DNA of 38,735 nucleotides from an uncultured Alphaproteobacteria bacterium (GTDB lineage Bacteria; Pseudomonadota; Alphaproteobacteria; Paracaedibacterales; CAIOTO01): NCBI GenBank assembly GCA_903861255.1, contig CAIOTO010000025.1, positions 1 to 38,735 of the forward strand, read 5' to 3'. Shown piece by piece: positions 34,112 to 38,735 of this stretch (position 1 is its first letter; each line of letters starts with the position of its first letter). The notes under the pieces were generated by a model. It saw only the letters and a program-made list of their open reading frames with translations, ran no database searches and was not told where the DNA came from. The position numbers and the translations under genes were made by a program.

Positions 34112-36115
34112 ATGACAAAAATATCAGTTTACAAGAAGGCTTTAATGATCTCCATTGGAGTGGCAGTAGTAGGTGCTATTGCTTACAATAAAGATTCCAT
34201 TTTTGGCACAAAGAGCAAAAAAGATGCAGTAGTTACAGGGAAAAAAGATTCATCAAGAGATGTGTCTACAACTGTGGCTTCTCCGCAAGATAAGGCAAAA
34301 AGTGCTGACTCAACAACAGCTGTTGCTTTGCCAAAAGATGCAACATCTGCAGCTGGAAAAGTTGAGCAAAAGGAAAAGCCAGCTGAAGCTAGTAAAGATG
34401 TTAAGTCAGAAAAGACGGCCGGTGCTGAACCTGTAAATTCATCTGATATGAATCGTCCTGTTGCAACGTTTGCTGATGGTACGGTTATAAAATTCAAAGA
34501 AGTTCAAGATCTTATGATGCAGTTGCCGCCAAAATCACGCGATGCACCGTTTTCTAAGCTTTATGTCAGCTTGCTAAATCGTTTGGTTGATAGCAAGGTT
34601 CTGTTGGATGCTGCGATTAAAGGTGGATTTGATAAAGATCCTGAGGCCTTAAAACGTATTGTTGACGCAAAAGAGCTTTTGTTGCAAAAGGCATACCTTG
34701 ATAAAGAAATTGACAAGGTAATCACAGATGATATTTTGCGTACAAAATATAACGAGCTGCTTAAATTGTTGCCAAAAGATGAGATGGAAGCTGAAGTAAG
34801 TCATATCTTATTTAATGACAAAGAAAGTGCTGAAAAAGCATTGAAAGAACTTACATCAGCTGGACGTAATGTTGAGGCTAAATTCAATGAAATGGTTCTT
34901 GCAAAATCTATGGATACCAGCACGAAAGCAAACAAAGGTAATATTGGTTGGGTTCGTAAAGCTGATATTAAGAACGAAGAGTTGTTTAAAGTGGCAAAAG
35001 GCACATTAGTGCCACAAGTGCTTAAAATATTTGATCAAGGTTACAGTGTATTCTTTATAAAAGATAAGCGCCCAATTCAGCCGCCTGAATTTGAAAAAAT
35101 TAAGGCCGAGATTAGAAAAGCTGTTACGCCGCAGTATGCTGTGACTGTTGTCGATAAGATGCGCCGTGAGTCGGGGCTTCAAATTACTGGTCTTGATGGA
35201 AAACCAATGCCATTGCCAGATTTGCCGCCAATGCCTGATGCAAGTGGAAAAGAGCCGGAAAAGAAACCTGCAGAACGCAAAGATTTCTCTGGCGTGAACG
35301 AAAAGGCTTTGGATAATTCAATGGTTGTTGGTGTATTTGCCAATGGCGAGAAGATTACACTTGGTCAAGTGCGAGATAGCATGACAAGCATTCCTGACCA
35401 ACTTAAAGGTTCACCATTCCATCAATTGTTTGAGCCACTTGTTTTGCGTGTAGCAGATACAAAATTGTTGATTGAAGCCGCTAAAAAAGCTGGTCTTGAA
35501 AAATCAGATGACTTGTTGAAAAAGCAAGAGGAAGTGCAAAAAGGACTCGTCCAACGTGCGTACCTTGACAAGCAATTCGCACAAGTTATAACACCTGAAA
35601 TGTTAAAAGAAGCGTATCGTGAATTCGAAAAGATTTTCCCTAAAGATGATATGGAAATTCGTATTCGTCACATTATGGTTGGGACAAAAGACGAAGCGAC
35701 TGCAGTCTTAAAAGAACTTAAGGGTGGTAAAGCTAAGTTTGACAACGAATATGTTAAAGCAAAGAGTATTGATCCAAATACGAAAGAATCTGGTGGTGAT
35801 TTAGGTTATATCCCGAAAAAGCAATTGCCAGCTGATTTGGCGGATGTTCTCTTTAAGGCGCCAAAGGCAACCTTGCTTCCAGAGCCAGTGGCTTTGGGTG
35901 ATAATGGCTTTAGCGTTATCCGTGTGGAAGATAAGCGCGCGGTTCAGGCGCCGTCAATCGAGGAAATTCGTCCGCAATTGATGCAAGCTGTTTCGCAACG
36001 TGAAGCAGGCAAGATTGTCATGAAATTGCGTGAAGAAGCGAAAGTTGTTATGCGCGATATGGACGGCAGTGTTATGGCGCCACCAGCGGCGCCTGCGGCA
36101 AAGCCTGCTGCTTAG
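34112..36115 (+). CDS. parvulin-type peptidyl-prolyl isomerase / periplasmic chaperone with two tandem SurA-N-plus-rotamase modules
   Basis: 667 aa. An N-terminal anchor 'ALMISIGVAVVGAIA' is followed by a Ser/Thr/Lys-rich linker. Two homologous modules span about aa 117-357 and 405-648. Each has 'AYLDK' and a parvulin core ('SHILF...GNIGWV' and 'RHIMV...GGDLGYI'). Confidence 0.8.
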   Translation: MTKISVYKKALMISIGVAVVGAIAYNKDSIFGTKSKKDAVVTGKKDSSRDVSTTVASPQDKAKSADSTTAVALPKDATSAAGKVEQKEKPAEASKDVKSEKTAGAEPVNSSDMNRPVATFADGTVIKFKEVQDLMMQLPPKSRDAPFSKLYVSLLNRLVDSKVLLDAAIKGGFDKDPEALKRIVDAKELLLQKAYLDKEIDKVITDDILRTKYNELLKLLPKDEMEAEVSHILFNDKESAEKALKELTSAGRNVEAKFNEMVLAKSMDTSTKANKGNIGWVRKADIKNEELFKVAKGTLVPQVLKIFDQGYSVFFIKDKRPIQPPEFEKIKAEIRKAVTPQYAVTVVDKMRRESGLQITGLDGKPMPLPDLPPMPDASGKEPEKKPAERKDFSGVNEKALDNSMVVGVFANGEKITLGQVRDSMTSIPDQLKGSPFHQLFEPLVLRVADTKLLIEAAKKAGLEKSDDLLKKQEEVQKGLVQRAYLDKQFAQVITPEMLKEAYREFEKIFPKDDMEIRIRHIMVGTKDEATAVLKELKGGKAKFDNEYVKAKSIDPNTKESGGDLGYIPKKQLPADLADVLFKAPKATLLPEPVALGDNGFSVIRVEDKRAVQAPSIEEIRPQLMQAVSQREAGKIVMKLREEAKVVMRDMDGSVMAPPAAPAAKPAA

Positions 36116-36129
36116 TGCTATTCTCTTGT

Positions 36130-36232
36130 GTCATCCTCGCGTAGGCGGGGATCCAGACTGTTTAGATTTTTACAAAACTCACGGTTTTTGAAGAAAGTCT
36201 TTTTCTGGATTCCTGTCTTTACGGTAAAGACT
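36130..36232. repeat. MITE-like element, family B (copy B3, divergent right arm)
   Basis: Left arm 'gtcatcctcgcgtaggcggggatccag', then a spacer. The right arm is 'ctggattcc' followed by a different hairpin, 'tgtctttacggtaaagac', in place of 'cgcctgcgcgggaatgac'. Confidence 0.65.
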
Positions 36233-36290
36233 AGTGTTTTTCAAAATAGAGTGTTGCGGCGCTACAAACGTTAATAAAGCCTTAAGTATT

Positions 36291-36319
36291 AAGAGAGTCA
36301 AAATAGACTCTCTTTTTTT
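36291..36319 (+). terminator. rho-independent terminator
   Basis: Stem 'aagagagtc' / 'gactctctt', loop 'aaaata', then 'tttttt'. It lies 175 nt after the PPIase stop, with MITE B3 in between. Confidence 0.7.
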
Positions 36320-36396
36320 GTTGTATTAACTTAAAATTTTATTAAAATAGAATATATTGCGTCGCCATTTAATTTCAAACCTCTAGGAGTATTAAT

Positions 36397-38106
36397 ATGA
36401 GTTACAAGAAAGCCAGAACATCACTGTTTATATGTACTGCATTGTGCGGTGTCAGTTTACTTGCACAAACATATGTATTGCGAGCTGCTGAATTAGAAGA
36501 AGTAAAAACAGTTGTAGTTAGTGCTGTTGAGGAAGTTGTGGTGGATCCTGCAAAGTTAGCGCTCGCTGAAGCACCTGAAGTTGATGAGGTCATTTCAATA
36601 AAGAAATTTTTAAAAACGGTAGAGTCAGGCGCAAATCCTGAAGTGTTGGAAACAAACCTTAACTCTATTATTAGATCTATCGTTGGTTCGCCTATACCCA
36701 CAACTGAATATTCAGCATCACTTGGTTTGGAAATAATACGCCTTGTGCAAAAAACTGAAAGTCTCAGGGTGTTTGATCGCACGGTAGAACCTCATGCGAG
36801 TGATTATTATATGTTGTTACCAGAGAGTCTTACTGAAGCACATCAAAACTTAAAATATTATCAATGGCTTTCACAAGTTGTTTACACAGTTCAAACATGT
36901 TTGCGAAATAGAGGCTCTGATACTCTGGCATTAGCCGTTGGTTATCGCGCTTACTTAAAAGATAGTCCGAAAGGATATGATTGGTTGTATAGCTCTCCTG
37001 CATATTTTGAAAATATATTGAAATTTCTAGAAAGGGATGAATCACAAACAAATCCGTATTTTAGTTTGACGCCTTTATATGATGAAAACGTTGCCAAACT
37101 GAATGATGAATTAGCAGATCGATTGAAGATTAATGGAGAATTTGTTGCCTTTTCTACGAAGGCAAGCGCAGATACACTGCTATGTGCAATGGAGATTCCG
37201 TATGAAGATGGAATTAGAATTATTACAGATGCAACACATGATAAGCGAATTTATAGAAAAGATGCGGAGTATTATGAAAATATAATCCGTCGCCGTTTTG
37301 CCGTTCAGGGTGAACAGTATATGGTAGATATGTTGAACATTTATGAAGATGCTTTAAAACGCACGCCTGGAAATAATGCCCTTTCAATGTTTGCCAGTTT
37401 TTTAAAAGGGATGGGGTTTGTAATTTCTACGGATGAAGCAAATATTCAATTAAAAAAAGAGCTACGCCAAGCAAAAGCTGATTACTGTAAAAAGGCACCA
37501 TATTTGGCAGCGATTGGTGATGAACCTGAGGCCGAGACAGAACGTGCGATTTGGAATGAACGGTTAGGTGAATGGAAAGAAACTAATAAAAGTATTTTTG
37601 ATGAGTGGGAGGTAGAGAGGATAACTTTTGAAAGGAAATGTGAAAGTGAATATAGTGATAAGTATTTTTCGTTATTGTATAACAATATTTTAAGCAAAAT
37701 TGATTTATCAACGGAAAATATAATCCAATTTGTTAATGGTGATTTTGCAAGATTATTTAAGGATAATTTTGTGGAAACAAACCCTGTAGATAGAACTCAG
37801 ACAGTTCCTTATATCAATTTGCTTTTGAAACTGAAAGGTTTTAATCTTTTTCACTGGAGACCAACTTCTGATTTAGAATGCGCGTCAGACTGGAACTACA
37901 CTATTTTGCCTACCTTACTTGATATAAATGTGATGCGCACAATAGATGAAGAAGGTCACGTTCGTTATTTGCGGCTAATTCGTACAAGCGATACTGCAGG
38001 ATTAATGAAAGCAATACGTGATGAGAGCGCATTAGGATTACCTAAATTAACAACACTTACTGTGAATTCATCACCTGTAATTAGCGTAGTTGAAGGTGAG
38101 CTCTAG
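36397..38106 (+). CDS. hypothetical secreted protein (orphan, 569 aa)
   Basis: Signal peptide 'MSYKKARTSLFICTALCGVSLLAQTYVLRA' is followed by an acidic Val/Glu-rich segment. The rest looks helical with no motif I recognise. 'aggag' lies 8 nt upstream, and the gene is AT-rich. Confidence 0.55.
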   Translation: MSYKKARTSLFICTALCGVSLLAQTYVLRAAELEEVKTVVVSAVEEVVVDPAKLALAEAPEVDEVISIKKFLKTVESGANPEVLETNLNSIIRSIVGSPIPTTEYSASLGLEIIRLVQKTESLRVFDRTVEPHASDYYMLLPESLTEAHQNLKYYQWLSQVVYTVQTCLRNRGSDTLALAVGYRAYLKDSPKGYDWLYSSPAYFENILKFLERDESQTNPYFSLTPLYDENVAKLNDELADRLKINGEFVAFSTKASADTLLCAMEIPYEDGIRIITDATHDKRIYRKDAEYYENIIRRRFAVQGEQYMVDMLNIYEDALKRTPGNNALSMFASFLKGMGFVISTDEANIQLKKELRQAKADYCKKAPYLAAIGDEPEAETERAIWNERLGEWKETNKSIFDEWEVERITFERKCESEYSDKYFSLLYNNILSKIDLSTENIIQFVNGDFARLFKDNFVETNPVDRTQTVPYINLLLKLKGFNLFHWRPTSDLECASDWNYTILPTLLDINVMRTIDEEGHVRYLRLIRTSDTAGLMKAIRDESALGLPKLTTLTVNSSPVISVVEGEL

Positions 38107-38260
38107 CTAGCTTTATTTATTACGCTTAATTTCTGTGGTGTTACAGAGAGGCGTAAGCCAACGTATAGCTATAAAAATGCATATCAGGCGAAAACAGTTC
38201 TTAAGCTTGGTATGCATTTTATGCTATCTTTCATTAGATTCAATCTACACATGAAATTAA

Positions 38261-38735
38261 ATGGAAGATATTACATCCGCTGCATCCACGCCAGAATTAA
38301 GTCGCATCGTTGAACTTGAACGGCTTGTCAAAATGAGAACCCCTTATACAATTAAGGCTAGCCCTGAAGAATGCATAAAATTAGCTGAGCGTTTTGGATT
38401 TGTTTCAGTAAACGCATTTGAGCTTGCTTATACGGTTACGCATCTTGGTGGAAAATCAATAGACTATAATGTTATTGCTGCCATGAAAGCAAATGTTGTT
38501 CAACGCTGCTCTGTCACGTTAAAAGAAATTCCTGAAGAAGTTGATGATACGTTTAATTTTCGTGTGGTGCATCCTAAACAGCAAGAGGAGTTTGAGCTTG
38601 AACTGTCAGAGTTTGAAGATTTTGAGTTCTCAAGCGATGGGATCGTGGATCTTGGCGAAATTGGCGCACAGTATTTGTCCTTAAGTGTTGATCCCTATCC
38701 AAGGTTTGATGAGGCCGATGTGCCTGTGTTGGAAA
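38261..38735 (+). CDS. YceD/DUF177 family protein (5' partial, runs off the window end)
   Basis: Hand translation from ATG 38261 gives MEDITSAASTPELSRIVELERL...VQRCSVTLKEIPEEV...DGIVDLGEIGAQYLSLSVDPYPRF with no stop. The 'iDLGE...L.L..DPYPR' end motif is typical of DUF177. The ORF is absent from the track because it is open-ended. Confidence 0.7.
   Translation, partial: MEDITSAASTPELSRIVELERLVKMRTPYTIKASPEECIKLAERFGFVSVNAFELAYTVTHLGGKSIDYNVIAAMKANVVQRCSVTLKEIPEEVDDTFNFRVVHPKQQEEFELELSEFEDFEFSSDGIVDLGEIGAQYLSLSVDPYPRFDEADVPVLE

Noticed and set aside
6089-36232. The recurring GC-rich palindromes as a CRISPR array.
   Set aside because: The copies are dispersed across the window in separate intergenic spacers. 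They occur as inverted pairs rather than regularly spaced direct repeats, and no cas genes are present.

Overview
The window looks like a chromosomal segment of an AT-leaning alphaproteobacterium. It is most compatible with an intracellular, amoeba- or host-associated Holosporales/Rickettsiales-like lineage. That placement is inference from three things: the alpha-specific families DUF1013/TrcR-like and DUF3035/BamF-like, scattered housekeeping genes, and dense palindromic repeats.

I can support about 37 CDS and one tRNA(CAT).
- Housekeeping: dnaA, secA, accA, hisC, efp, suhB, lspA, ctaE, a phosphohexomutase, and a znuCB-type metal ABC importer.
- Envelope and modification: an M16 peptidase pair, a PlsC-type acyltransferase fusion, a duplicated parvulin chaperone, a coiled-coil porin, and a stand-alone ArnA-decarboxylase-like gene with arnD.
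- No CRISPR array, rRNA, transposase, integrase or phage genes were seen.

Things worth a second look:
1. An AT-rich secreted 440-aa protein (11464..12786) whose C-terminal half carries OTU-type cysteine-protease (deubiquitinase-like) Cys and His motifs. It sits beside a secreted helical orphan. This is my best candidate for an undescribed host-targeting effector.
2. At least ten MITE-like double-hairpin elements, all bounded by GTCAT...ATGAC. They fall into about three families and occupy nearly every long intergenic spacer. Hairpin stems differ between copies but stay self-complementary.
3. One of these elements sits just upstream of the arnD start codon, flanked by an 18-nt direct duplication of arnD codons 1-6. 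A 56-codon ORF runs through the whole element and stops in a TAATG overlap with the real arnD ATG.
4. Other orphans and unusual architectures: a 569-aa secreted protein, a 356-aa exported protein coupled to hisC, a possible CheW-like singleton, and the PlsC fusion.

All protein calls rest on motif recognition by eye. No database searches were run.
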